A DNA stretch of 64,000 nucleotides from Flavobacteriales bacterium. GTDB lineage: Bacteria > Bacteroidota > Bacteroidia > Flavobacteriales_D > Sanyastnellaceae. Shown here in pieces: positions 48,621 through 58,900 of the stretch. The position numbers were made by a program, and so were the translations under genes. Every line of letters begins with the position of its first letter. Within the stretch, counting starts at the first letter, position 1. The notes beneath the pieces are model-generated. The model was not told where the DNA came from and searched no databases. It saw only the letters and a list, made by a program, of their open reading frames with translations. The DNA lies in contig JALQTD010000001.1 in assembly GCA_023264155.1 (NCBI GenBank), positions 3,335-67,334 on the forward strand, in the 5' to 3' direction.

Positions 48621-48703
48621 CATGCCCAACCCTTTGCGAGCCGCGGATGGCCTTCACGATTGAAACCACCGATGAAGCGGTCATTCCACTTGGAGCGATG
48701 GCG

Positions 48704-50275
48704 TCAATGTTTGCGGTGGCCGCCTTTGTGCCGGTGTTTGGGCTCCTTCTCGGGCAGGTACTCCGTATCGAATGCCTTGCGGATGCTCCACACCATGCCC
48801 ATGACCAACACCGCATAGGGAATGCCTGCCGCAATGGACATCGCTTGCATTGCTTTCAAACCGCCCGACCACAACAGAGCCGCCGCGACCGCACCTTCCA
48901 CCAGCGCCCAGAAGATGCGCTGTCCCACCGGGGCGTCTAGTTTGCCCCCGCTCGTCAACATGTCCACTACCAACGAACCACTGTCCGACGAGGTGACGAA
49001 AAAACTCGTGACGAGGATGATCCCCACCGTGCTCGTGAGCAGGCTCAACGGGTAGTGCTCGAGCATGACGAACAGGGCGGTGCTCAAATCGTTTTGGATG
49101 GCTTCACCCACCGAGGCCAAACCCGAGAACTCCAACTCCAACGCGCTCGTACCGAACACCGAGAACCAGAAGAAGGTGAAGATCATCGGAATGGTCAACA
49201 CGCTCAGGAGGAACTCCCGCACGGTTCGGCCCCGGCTGATGCGGGCGATGAAAATGCCCACAAACGGGGACCACGCAATCCACCACGCCCAGTAGAACAC
49301 CGTCCACGCGTTTTGCCAGTGGTTGTTCGGGCGAAACGCCTCCGACCACGTGCCCAGCGACAGCACATTGCCCAAATACTGCCCCGTGCTCTGCACAAAA
49401 ACATCCAAGATCCGCACCGTGGGCCCGATGAACAACACGAGCAACAGCAACCCAAACGCGATCCAGATGTTCATCTCACTGAGGAACTTCACCCCCTTTT
49501 TGAGGCCGGTAACGACCGAAATGGTGGCGAAGCCGGTGATGACCGCAATGAGCAGGGTGTAAGTTTGAACCGATACCTCCCAGCCGAGCAGGAAGTTCAG
49601 CCCCGCGCCAATTTGTTGCACCCCGAAGCCCAATGACGTGGCCAATCCCACCAACGTGGCGATGACCGCGATCACATCGATGGCGTGGCCGATGGGACCG
49701 TGGATGCGGTCCCCGAGCAACGGATGAAAAATGCTTCGCACCGAAAGCGGTAGGCCGCGATTGAACGTGAAATAAGCCATGCCCAGCCCGACAATGCCAT
49801 ACACCGCCCAGGGATAGACACCGTAGTGCAGGTAAGACATTTGAAACGCCATGGCGGCACGGCGCGCCGGATCGGCAATGGCATACGGCGGCTCGTGGAA
49901 GTGGATCATGGGTTCCGCCACCCCGAAGAACACCAAACCAATGCCCATGCCTGCGGAGAACAACATGGCGAGCCACGTGCCGCGCTTGAACTCTGGCTGG
50001 GCATCCGGCCCACCCAGGCGGATGTTGCCAAATCGGCTGATGGCAAAGTACAGCGCCGCAAAAAAGGCCACGTTCACGGAGAGGATGAGCATCCATCCGA
50101 AGTTTTCGTAGGCGCTGTTTTGGAACGCGGTGAAGAACGATTCAATCCGCTTCCGGACCACCAAGGTGGACAAGACAAAGCCCACCACCACGATCGCAGA
50201 AGGGATGAACACCGGCAGGCTCAAATCAAAGTGGCGGTCGTACCACTTGCGCAAAGATGAAGGGTGTTTACTCAT
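48704..50275 (-). CDS. BCCT-family (betaine/carnitine/choline-type) transporter
   Basis: 523 aa, 12 TM, with the signature WTVFYWAWWIAWSPFVGIFIARISRGRT. Confidence 0.9.
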   Translation of the reverse strand: MSKHPSSLRKWYDRHFDLSLPVFIPSAIVVVGFVLSTLVVRKRIESFFTAFQNSAYENFGWMLILSVNVAFFAALYFAISRFGNIRLGGPDAQPEFKRGTWLAMLFSAGMGIGLVFFGVAEPMIHFHEPPYAIADPARRAAMAFQMSYLHYGVYPWAVYGIVGLGMAYFTFNRGLPLSVRSIFHPLLGDRIHGPIGHAIDVIAVIATLVGLATSLGFGVQQIGAGLNFLLGWEVSVQTYTLLIAVITGFATISVVTGLKKGVKFLSEMNIWIAFGLLLLVLFIGPTVRILDVFVQSTGQYLGNVLSLGTWSEAFRPNNHWQNAWTVFYWAWWIAWSPFVGIFIARISRGRTVREFLLSVLTIPMIFTFFWFSVFGTSALELEFSGLASVGEAIQNDLSTALFVMLEHYPLSLLTSTVGIILVTSFFVTSSDSGSLVVDMLTSGGKLDAPVGQRIFWALVEGAVAAALLWSGGLKAMQAMSIAAGIPYAVLVMGMVWSIRKAFDTEYLPEKEPKHRHKGGHRKH

Positions 50276-50282
50276 TTCGTAT

Positions 50283-50290
50283 CGAAAATA
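50283..50290 (-). promoter_or_regulatory. -7-like box TATTTTCG, 7 nt before the BCCT ATG, coinciding with the terminator U-tract
   Basis: ...CCGGGCGTCT-TATTTTCG-ATACGAA-ATG. Confidence 0.45.
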
Positions 50291-50315
50291 AGACGCCCGG
50301 AATGAACCGGGCGCC
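50291..50315 (-). terminator. Intrinsic terminator-like hairpin after the SusD-like gene
   Basis: Minus-strand RNA GGCGCCCGG-UUCAUU-CCGGGCGUC followed by UUAUUUUCG. It lies 26 nt after the susD-like stop and 16 nt before the BCCT AUG. Confidence 0.65.
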
Positions 50316-50340
50316 TTCTACGGATATGTTTATCGACAGG

Positions 50341-51843
50341 TCATTCAGCGACCAGCCACATGTGCGCATTGAAATCGTTGGAACCCAATGCTTCAACGGC
50401 CGCGGCGTTGCTCGCACCGTTCAAACTCAATTCTTCACCGGGGTAGACAAACCGCATGGGCAACGCGTCGTTGTTCGCGTTGTTGCATGGCGGGGTGAGG
50501 AACGGGATTTGGGCCCAATCACCGCCAGCGGCGTGGTACCACCGGCGCACCTCGATGTAGCTTTCCATGCCATGGAAGTACAAGGCTACCCACTTTTGTT
50601 CTTGCAAGCGCAGGAGGGTGCCGTCCCAGGACACGTTGCCTTGGGCGATGAAATCCGCGACCGAAGCCAAGCCCGTGTTCTCTGGGTTGGCACCGTGATC
50701 CGCCATCGACGCCGCAATGCCGGATTCATAGTGGGTGGCAGCATCGGCCGAAATCCAGCCGTTGAGGGCGGCTTCTGCGAGGATGAATTCCTGCTCCGCG
50801 AAAGTTAACCAGACGCCTTTCGCCTTGTCGGCGCCGACCGGGTGACCGGGGTAATCGTAGTAGGCGTAACCGAGCCGCGAGCCGCTGTCGTCGCAGCCTT
50901 TTCCGCCGTTGATCCACCCTTCATAGACTTCGGCGTCCGAACCGAGGGTCTCGTCGGTGGGACGCGCGAACGCCATCAGGCGCGGATCGGAAGTGGCCGT
51001 CAGGTGAGCGAAGAGCTGTTCACCGAGGCGCACGCTTTCGAAATCACCTGTTTTGAATGGGATGAGCGGGTATTCGTTGGGGAATGCACCGAGGTAGGTC
51101 AAGGCAGCGTTGTGCGCAACGCCTTGCATGAGGGGCCGGGAGGCGACTTCCGCGAAATCAGCTGCGACATCGATTTGTCCTGAAGCATGCAAGAGCAAGC
51201 GCAGGTGCAGCGCGTTCGCAAAGCGGTGCCACAAATCGGAATCCCCTCCGAAGAGGATGTCCCCATCCACAGTGCCCGCGCCGGCGGCCGAGAACAACCC
51301 GTGCGCCTGGTCGAGCAAATCGAGCAACCCGCCTTCACCGAGGTAAATCGACTCCTGCGCATCGTATGCTGGGTAGAACACGCCGGTGGAACCCGAAAGC
51401 GCCTCACGGAACGGCACGTCGCCGTAAGTATCCGTCAGCACGGAGAATGCGAAGGCCTTCAGTGTCAAGGCCACGCCCAGCAAGCGGTCATCACCTGAGG
51501 AGAGAGCGGCTTCCTCCATGTTGCGGATGTCGCGCAAGGCCCCGTAGAGCCCCTGCCAAAGCGGCTCGACACCGATGATGGGCGCAGAATTCCAATTGTA
51601 GATGTCGACCTCGTTCCGCAGGGACTTCGCTGTATGCTGCGAAGCGCAGTTCGAGATGAAGAAGGCGTGCCCCACGAGCGTGTTGCTGATGTCGCGGATG
51701 ACACCAGGTAGCAAGATGTCGGGGGTAACAGCCTCCGGCTGATTCGGATTGACGTTCAAGTCTTCCAGCTTGCCACAACCGAAGAGCAGCATGCCGGCGA
51801 ATGCCCAAACAAGGGCGGTTTGGATGCGATTAAAGTTCATCAT
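50341..51843 (-). CDS. SusD/RagB-family outer-membrane nutrient-binding lipoprotein
   Basis: Lipobox MLLFGCG, 500 aa and helical, immediately downstream of the SusC-like gene. Confidence 0.85.
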   Translation of the reverse strand: MMNFNRIQTALVWAFAGMLLFGCGKLEDLNVNPNQPEAVTPDILLPGVIRDISNTLVGHAFFISNCASQHTAKSLRNEVDIYNWNSAPIIGVEPLWQGLYGALRDIRNMEEAALSSGDDRLLGVALTLKAFAFSVLTDTYGDVPFREALSGSTGVFYPAYDAQESIYLGEGGLLDLLDQAHGLFSAAGAGTVDGDILFGGDSDLWHRFANALHLRLLLHASGQIDVAADFAEVASRPLMQGVAHNAALTYLGAFPNEYPLIPFKTGDFESVRLGEQLFAHLTATSDPRLMAFARPTDETLGSDAEVYEGWINGGKGCDDSGSRLGYAYYDYPGHPVGADKAKGVWLTFAEQEFILAEAALNGWISADAATHYESGIAASMADHGANPENTGLASVADFIAQGNVSWDGTLLRLQEQKWVALYFHGMESYIEVRRWYHAAGGDWAQIPFLTPPCNNANNDALPMRFVYPGEELSLNGASNAAAVEALGSNDFNAHMWLVAE

Positions 51844-51850
51844 TTGTGGC

Positions 51851-54800
51851 TTAGAAGTTTACGTTGAGGGAGAAACCAAGGGTGCGCATCGACGGCAAAG
51901 ACGTCGATTCGAATCCAGGAACGAACGCCCCACCCCGAATGGAGTAGGTTTCTGGATCGATGGAAGGCACCTTCGAGAACAACAGCAGGTTGCGCCCGAT
52001 GATCGAGACCGTCGCCGAGGCGGCGCCGAGGCGATCGGCAAACGCCTGGGGCAAGGCATATCCGAGGCGCAATTCACGCAATTTCAAGTAAGACGCATCG
52101 TACGTTGCGGCTTCGATGTTGTCCCGGCTGAAGCCGTTCCCGTAGTAGGCGTAGAAGTAATCGCGGGTAGCAACTGCAACGGTGTTTTCGACCAAATTGC
52201 CGTCGGCGTCATACATAACCCCCGGTCCCACCACGCCCCAGTTCGCCTCATCGACCGCCGTGTAAACCGGCGTTCCATCCGCAGCGTACGTCACGTCGTA
52301 GGTTTCACGTCCGTCCAGTGTCGACAAATCCAGCAAGGGGTCGTCCGCATTCGTGATGGCGCCGCCCGTGGCGCTCAAGGCGTGCGTGCGGCTGTAAATC
52401 TTGCCTCCGATTTGGGCCGAAAGCAAGAAACCAACCTGGAAACGCCCCATCGTGAAGTTGTTGTCCCAACCGATCAAAGCGTCCGGCTGGTACGTGCCTG
52501 CGCTCACCTTCTCCGTCGTCATCAACGGCAGGCCATTTTCATGGATGATGTTACCGGCTTCATCCCGCTGGAAACCAAGCCCCACGAGTTGCCCAAGCGG
52601 CATGCCCACTTGCGCCTCCAGGCTCAGGTCCTGGCCGCCATCGTTCGGGTACACGTCCGCCACCATCTGGTACGTGGTGATTTCTTCTGGCAAGGAAAGC
52701 ACCTCGCTGCGGTTGCGCGTGAGGTTCAACGTGCTGTTCCACACCACATTTTCGCGCTCGACAATGGTGCCATTCAGCACGAGTTCCAAACCCTTGTTCT
52801 GGATCTCGCCGCTGTTGATGACCCGGCTGGTGTACCCTGAGGTGGAGGCCAACGGCAGCGTCACGATCTGATCACGTGAGGTCAAGCTGTACCAGGCCAA
52901 ATCAATTCCGAACCGCCCCTTCCAGAACCGCATATCCAAACCGAATTCCAGTGAACTCGTCCGTTCGGGCAGCAACCCCGCGTTGTTCAATTGGGCACTC
53001 TCCCCTGCCACCGGGAATTCACCCCACGCATTGTCGTAGGCGTAGATGTTCCGGATGCGATACGGGTTCGTGTCGCCACCGACTTCGGCGTACGCCGCGC
53101 GCACCTTTGCGAAGGAGAGGGCCGAGTTGGGCTCGAGGTCCATCACCTCACTCACGATGGCACTCAACGACGCGCTCGGATAGAAATAGCTGTTGTTTTC
53201 AGCCGGAAGCGTTGAGCTCCAGTCGTTGCGCCCTGTCAGGTCGAGGAACAGGTAGTTCTTGTAGCTGAAGTTGGCCAAACCAAACACGCTGTTGATGCCC
53301 TTCTGGTACGTGAATTGGTCGGTGATGACACCGGAGCGCGCATTGCCCAAATTGTAGATGCCCGGAATGAGCAACTGCGGCGCGTTCGCCCGCAACGTGG
53401 TGCTGGATTGGCGCATGATGTTGCCACCTGCCCTTACGCTCACATTGAAGTCCTTCTCGTAATCCACACCGTCATACGAGACGAGGAGTTCGCTGTTCGT
53501 TTCTTGGAAGCCGATGTTGTCCTCGCGGTAGCTGCCTAAGAGCACCGATTTGGTCGACATGGCCCGGCGGAAATTCCGCTGGTCGTTGTTCACGTCCATG
53601 CCGAAGCGGTACCGGATGTTCACGCGATCCGTCAGGTCGAATTCCAATGCGGTGTTTCCGAACACGCGGTCGGCCTCAAAGGCATTCGTGTTCTCGTTCA
53701 CCACAAACCACGGGTTGTTCGTCCACAACTCCTCCACATTCGCCTGCTGCACGTTTTCTTGCCCCGGCTTCCAATAGTCCTCGAGGTCCGCAATCGGCGT
53801 ATTCCGTGGGAACCAAATCCAATTGTACATGATCGACGAGCTCTCGTCATATCCCGCATTCGGCACGTTGTCCGAAGCGCTGCGGACGTAGTTGAAGTTC
53901 GTACGCAAGTGGAGCCGATCATTGAAGTCCTGACCGGCGCTCATGCTCAGCGTGTGGCGGGTCAAATCCGTATTCGGGACGATGCCGCGGCTGCCGAGGT
54001 GGGTGTACCCCACCCGGAAATCGCTGTCCTCCGTGCTGTTCGCCATCGCCACATGGTTCCGGGTGGTGATGCCGGTTTGGAAGAAATTGCGCACGTTGTC
54101 CGGTGCGGCCGTGAAAGGAACCGCCTCGCCGTTGGAATTCCACTGCACGATGTTGGCGCCGTTCGTCCGCGGACCCCAGTTTTCACCGAACGCATCGTAG
54201 TAATCGCCCGTGTAGGTGGAACCGCCGTTGTAGCTGTACCGGCCGTAGCCGCCCACCCCGTATTCCGCTTGGTAATCCGGCAACTTCAAGATGCCGCTGA
54301 ACGTCGTCGAGGAGTTGAGGGTAACGCCCCAGCCCGTGGCGTTCTCGCCCGTCTTGGTGGTCACGAGGATGACGCCGTTTGCGGCGCGGGTACCGTAGAG
54401 GGCTGCCGCGGCGGGGCCTTTCAAGACGGAAATTTCCGCGATGTCGTCGGGGTTGATGATTTGGGCCGCATTCCCGAAGTCAATGGTCGTCGAACCGTTC
54501 AATCCGTCGCCCGAGCTGAACAGGCCATTCGTGATCGGAATGCCGTTGACCACGAACAGCGCTTGGTTATCGCCCGATAACGAGTTCTCCCCCCGAATCG
54601 TGATGTTTGCCGAGGCCGTCGGGCCCGCTGCTGAGCCTTGGATGTTCACCCCCGCCAATTTGCCATTCAGTCCATTGACCACGTTGGTGCTCGGCACTTC
54701 TGAAACGGATGAGCCTTCGAGCCGCTGGATGGCGTACCCCAAGGACTTCTCATCGCGTTTCACCCCCAATGCCGTCACCACAACACTTTCGAGGCCAATG

Positions 54801-55138
54801 ACTCCGGACAGCGCTACCGTGTAGCTATCGCGGCCATCAATTTGCACAGTTTGCGCAGCATAGCCGACGAAGCTTACGACGAAAGCCCGATCGGTTGGCG
54901 TCACTTCCAATACGAACCGTCCATCCATACCCGTGCTGGTGCCACGGGTGGTATTCTCAATCAAAACGCTCGCCCCAGGCAGTGGGAGCCCTTCCGTGTC
55001 CGTGACCAAACCCTGGATGACTGATTGGGCTAAACCACTACTAACAAGTAATATAAATGCCGAAAACAGGGCTAAAAGTGGAGCGTAACGGGCTCCAACC
55101 GCACGATCAGGTCGTGACTCTTTGGGAAAATGCATCAT
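51851..55138 (-). CDS. SusC/RagA-family TonB-linked outer membrane transporter
   Basis: 1095 aa. Signal peptide, CarbopepD_reg-like domain (VIQGLVTDTEGLPLPGASVLIENTTRGTSTGMDGRFVLEV), plug, and a barrel ending GFSLNVNF. The track start 55165 is the TTG inside the -7 box; the first ATG is 55138. Confidence 0.9.
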   Translation of the reverse strand: MMHFPKESRPDRAVGARYAPLLALFSAFILLVSSGLAQSVIQGLVTDTEGLPLPGASVLIENTTRGTSTGMDGRFVLEVTPTDRAFVVSFVGYAAQTVQIDGRDSYTVALSGVIGLESVVVTALGVKRDEKSLGYAIQRLEGSSVSEVPSTNVVNGLNGKLAGVNIQGSAAGPTASANITIRGENSLSGDNQALFVVNGIPITNGLFSSGDGLNGSTTIDFGNAAQIINPDDIAEISVLKGPAAAALYGTRAANGVILVTTKTGENATGWGVTLNSSTTFSGILKLPDYQAEYGVGGYGRYSYNGGSTYTGDYYDAFGENWGPRTNGANIVQWNSNGEAVPFTAAPDNVRNFFQTGITTRNHVAMANSTEDSDFRVGYTHLGSRGIVPNTDLTRHTLSMSAGQDFNDRLHLRTNFNYVRSASDNVPNAGYDESSSIMYNWIWFPRNTPIADLEDYWKPGQENVQQANVEELWTNNPWFVVNENTNAFEADRVFGNTALEFDLTDRVNIRYRFGMDVNNDQRNFRRAMSTKSVLLGSYREDNIGFQETNSELLVSYDGVDYEKDFNVSVRAGGNIMRQSSTTLRANAPQLLIPGIYNLGNARSGVITDQFTYQKGINSVFGLANFSYKNYLFLDLTGRNDWSSTLPAENNSYFYPSASLSAIVSEVMDLEPNSALSFAKVRAAYAEVGGDTNPYRIRNIYAYDNAWGEFPVAGESAQLNNAGLLPERTSSLEFGLDMRFWKGRFGIDLAWYSLTSRDQIVTLPLASTSGYTSRVINSGEIQNKGLELVLNGTIVERENVVWNSTLNLTRNRSEVLSLPEEITTYQMVADVYPNDGGQDLSLEAQVGMPLGQLVGLGFQRDEAGNIIHENGLPLMTTEKVSAGTYQPDALIGWDNNFTMGRFQVGFLLSAQIGGKIYSRTHALSATGGAITNADDPLLDLSTLDGRETYDVTYAADGTPVYTAVDEANWGVVGPGVMYDADGNLVENTVAVATRDYFYAYYGNGFSRDNIEAATYDASYLKLRELRLGYALPQAFADRLGAASATVSIIGRNLLLFSKVPSIDPETYSIRGGAFVPGFESTSLPSMRTLGFSLNVNF

Positions 55139-55144
55139 AGAAAG

Positions 55145-55157
55145 CGATTTGAAATCG
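55145..55157. promoter_or_regulatory. Palindrome CGATTTGAAATCG in the predicted susC-like 5' UTR, possible second operator
   Basis: 6-bp arms with a 1-nt centre, between the -7 box and the ATG. It shares the AAATC/GATTT core with the 55759-55789 repeat. Confidence 0.3.
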
Positions 55158-55162
55158 AACCG

Positions 55163-55194
55163 CAAACCTATGATTTATTTCGTGCTGAAACAAA
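55163..55194 (-). promoter_or_regulatory. Full sigma-A type promoter for the SusC-like gene: TTTG (55194-55191), 20-nt spacer, TAGGTTTG (55170-55163)
   Basis: The minus strand reads TTTG-N20-TAGGTTTG. ATG 55138 lies 24 nt after the box. Confidence 0.65.
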
Positions 55195-55213
55195 ATGCGC
55201 GCCGGAAGGTTTT

Positions 55214-55714
55214 TCACACCTTTTGCCCCGAATCGGTGGGCAGCATGGCCTCTGCCGTCACAATAGGAGCCGCGTCAATGCGCTCAATCTCAAGGAATTC
55301 AATGATGACCCGGAAGGCTGAACGGAGGTTGGCGTATTCTTCCGGTCCGAGCTCCTGAAGCCGCTCGAGGAGCCGTTCGTGTAAGATTTGAGGATTGCGC
55401 TTCACCACTTCGGCTCCCCGCTCCGTGAGCACGATGAGGGACTTGCGCTTATCGTCGCGCTTGGGCAGCTTGGCCACGTACCCGCCGCGTTCGAGGCGCT
55501 GAACGATGCCGGTGGCGGTGCTCGCATTCAGCTGGAGCACGTCCTTGATTTCCTTCATGGACGCTGTGAACTCTGGCTGTTCATTGAGGTGTTGCAAGCA
55601 GAGGTACTGGGGGATGCTGACCCCAAATTCGCGTTCCACTCGTTTGGCTTCCAAATTCACCGAACGGATGATCCGCCGGAGGTCCGATAGGATTTCTTTA
55701 TCAGCTGGCTTCAT
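55214..55714 (-). CDS. MarR-family transcriptional regulator
   Basis: 166 aa with a winged HTH (LNASTATGIVQRLERGGYVAKLPKRDDKRK). Confidence 0.85.
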   Translation of the reverse strand: MKPADKEILSDLRRIIRSVNLEAKRVEREFGVSIPQYLCLQHLNEQPEFTASMKEIKDVLQLNASTATGIVQRLERGGYVAKLPKRDDKRKSLIVLTERGAEVVKRNPQILHERLLERLQELGPEEYANLRSAFRVIIEFLEIERIDAAPIVTAEAMLPTDSGQKV

Positions 55715-55718
55715 GGGC

Positions 55719-55726
55719 GGAATTTA
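55719..55726 (-). promoter_or_regulatory. -7-like box TAAATTCC, 4 nt before the MarR ATG
   Basis: TAAATTCC-GCCC-ATG. Confidence 0.4.
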
Positions 55727-55758
55727 CGCGGGAAGTCGCGAATGGGTGGTGATGGGGT

Positions 55759-55789
55759 GGGCCAAATCCACCGCTTCAGGATTTGGCCC
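55759..55789. promoter_or_regulatory. Perfect 11-bp inverted repeat GGGCCAAATCC-N9-GGATTTGGCCC, candidate MarR operator
   Basis: Lies in the MarR / TonB-receptor divergent intergenic region, 33 bp upstream of the MarR -7-like box. Confidence 0.45.
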
Positions 55790-55877
55790 CCATTCGTTCC
55801 TGAAATGATTGCGTTGCGAACACGCCCCACAAACAATCCGGTAACGATTCGATAACACGGGCCGCTGCATCGCAGGG

Positions 55878-55885
55878 AACCTTTG
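55878..55885 (+). promoter_or_regulatory. -7-like box AACCTTTG, 18 nt before ATG 55904
   Basis: The near-consensus box overlaps the longer ORF start 55883, which favours ATG 55904. Confidence 0.4.
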
Positions 55886-55903
55886 CAGCGAGAAACAAGC
55901 ACC

Positions 55904-58900
55904 ATGCAACGATTCGTACTTTTTGCGCTCACCCTGATCGCAACCAGCTTATTCAGCGCGACTTACGCCCAAGGCATCATCCGTGGCGTCATCGCAGATG
56001 GCACGACGGGTGAGACCCTCATCGGGGCCAACGTCATCATCCGCGATCCGTACAAGGGCGCGATGGCGGATTTGGACGGGCGTTACAGCCTTGAAGGGCT
56101 CGCACCGGGTACATATGAAGTGGTCGGCAGCTTCATCGGTTATGTTCCGGTGACGGAGACCGTGACGGTCGTGGGCGACGAAACGCAGATTGTGAACTTC
56201 AATCTGGTCATGGAAACCTTCGTCATCGAACAGGCGGCGGAGGTGGTGGCGAAAGTGGATCGCAGCCGCGACGTTTACATGGAGAATATCCGGAAGAAGA
56301 ACGCGGCCAGCATCGACTACATTTCGAGCCAGCAGATTCGACAAACCGGTGACAGCGACGCCGCCAGCGCCATGCGCCGCATCCCCGGCGTTTCCACCGT
56401 CGGCAACTTCGTGTTTGTGCGCGGTTTGTCAGACCGCTACATCAAGACCACGCTCAACGGCGCTGAGGTGCCGAGCATCAACCCCCGCCGGAACACCATT
56501 GAAATGGACATCTTCCCTACCACGTTGGTCGACAACTTGGTGGTGGTCAAGTCGGCGACTTCGAATTTGCCGGGCGATTGGTCGGGCGCGTACTTGAACG
56601 TGGTGACCAAGGACTTTCCGGAGACCTTTTTGTTCAACTACAGCACGACGCTCGGGTTCAACACGCAGTCCACCTTCCGCGACATCATCAGCTCGCAACG
56701 CAGCAGCACCGATTGGCTCGGCTTCGACGATGGGCTGCGCGGGTTGCCCGATGCCGTCGATGGCGTGACGGGCGACACGTGGCCTTCGATGGACATGCCT
56801 TGTTTCTACGAGGGCCTGGTCCACATGGGCTACGCGGAGGATTTGAGCGCAATGGGCATCAACGATTGCACGGACATTGGAGCCGGCAATCCGATCAGCT
56901 CCGTCGTAAACGCCCTCGGGGTGAGCATCGACAGCTTGGAACAGTACGGCATGGTGCCGTTGAGCATCGAGCAAAATGCGGGGCTCACCGCCGTTGGGCA
57001 GAGCTTCTCGAACACGTGGGAAAACACCCGCCGGGTGGCGCCGTTGGACATGACGCACAGCTTGAGCTTCGGGAATCAGACGAAGCTGTTCGGTCGGGAT
57101 TTGGGCTACGTGTTCGGCTTGCAATACAAAATGAACTCGCGGTACTATTCGAACGGCGAGTACGCGCGCTACAACGCGGGCAACCTCGAGAACTCGAACG
57201 GAATGCAGTTGCTGCGGCAGTTCAACGACGAGAAGAGCACGGAAACGGTTTACTGGAACATGCTGTTGAATTTGTCCTATAAAGTGAATGAATTCAACAA
57301 GGTCAGCCTGATGGCCATGCCCAACGTGACGGGCCAAAACTCCAGCCGTTACCTCGTGGGCATCAACCCCTCGGACACCGACGAGATGCAGGAGCAGCGG
57401 ACGCAACGCTACGAGCAGCGCCGGCTCAACATTTACCAACTCCGCGGTGAACACTACCTCCCGGCTTCTGAAGGCCAAATCGCTTGGACGGCGAGCTATT
57501 CCGAAGGCCGCATGGAAACGCCCGACATGAAGGTGTTCTACAACAACTTCTCGGAGCGGATCACGCCCATCGATTCATTGGCATCTTTCGTAACGGCCGA
57601 CGGTACGGACGTGACGGCGGATGCCCTCGAGCGCATCAACGAAATGGTGTCCGACGGGGTGCTGCCTTCGGATTGGGCGAACGACCCCGAAGCAGCGGTG
57701 GCGGCTTTGGCGAACCAAGGCGTGCTGGTCGACAGCTGGGACATTCCGCTCAACATCGACACCGTCTACAGCATCAACACGGCGCTCTACCCCTCGCCCA
57801 CCCGCTACTTCCGCGAATTGAACGAGAGCAAGCTCGACGTGAAGGTCAACTACAGCGTGCCGCTCTTCGAAGACCGCGAATGGCCGACCAAATTCTCCGC
57901 GGGATTGAGCTACGTGCAAACGAAGGTCTCGCACGCTGAGAACACCTTCGGGATGACCCAGAACGGAACGGTGTTCGACGGGGACGTTTCCGCCATGTTC
58001 GCCCCCGAAAACATGGTCATCGCCCGGGGCGGTGATTTCGTGAGCACCTTGTTGCTGACGGATTTGGTGAATTCGTACAAGGGCACGATGAACGTGGCCG
58101 GGGCGTATGCCTTGCTCGACCACACCGTTTCCGAGCGTTTCCGGGTGAATGCTGGCTTGCGCTTGGAGACCACGGACATGAACATCCGGTCGACGAAGCT
58201 GGATTTGGTGGATGACTTGACGCCGCAGGAAGCTGCCCGTTTGGAAGGGGGGTTGAACGAGGTGGATTGGATGCCGAGCTTGAATTTGACTTATGCATTG
58301 GGCCAAATCGACCCCATCAAAATCACGAACCTCCGCTTTGCCTACAGCCGGAGCATTGCCCGCCCCGTGTTCCGGGAAAAATCCCCGTTCCGAGGCTTCG
58401 ACTTCGAGACGCTCGAAGTCCTCAAGGGCAATCCGCTGCTCGACGAGACCAAGATCGACAACTTCGACCTGCGCATCGAGCACTACCCTGCGCTCGGCGA
58501 GGTCCTGAGTGCCAGCATTTTCTTCAAGCGGTTCACGGACCCGATTGAGCAAACCACGGTGCTCGAGGCGGTAAACACGGAGTACACTTGGTCCAACGTG
58601 CCGTACGCGAACGTGTTCGGGTTGGAGTTTGAAGGGCGCAAGGGACTCGGCTCGGTGCATGAGGCGTTGTCCCCCTTCACCTTGTCGGCCAACGTGACCT
58701 TCATCCGCTCACGGGCCGTCATCTTCGAAGAAGAGCTCAACGTGATCCGCAACACGGATCCGATGCACCCTGACACCCGGCCCCTCTTCGGCCAAAGCCC
58801 TTACATCATCAACGCCATGCTCGCCTACCAAAACGACTCCCTCGACTTCAACGCATCCATCGCGTTCAACGTCCAAGGCGAAAAATTGGTGCTGGCAACT

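Noticed and set aside
55139-55165. The longer start for the SusC-like gene at 55165
   Set aside because: That 'start' is the TTG inside the TAGGTTTG -7 box. The first ATG downstream of the predicted transcription start is 55138.
55715-55903. A possible riboswitch (for example cobalamin) upstream of the 1070-aa TonB receptor, and likewise near the BtuF-like gene
   Set aside because: I could not find B12-box-like or other conserved riboswitch cores. The predicted 5' UTR is only about 12-18 nt.
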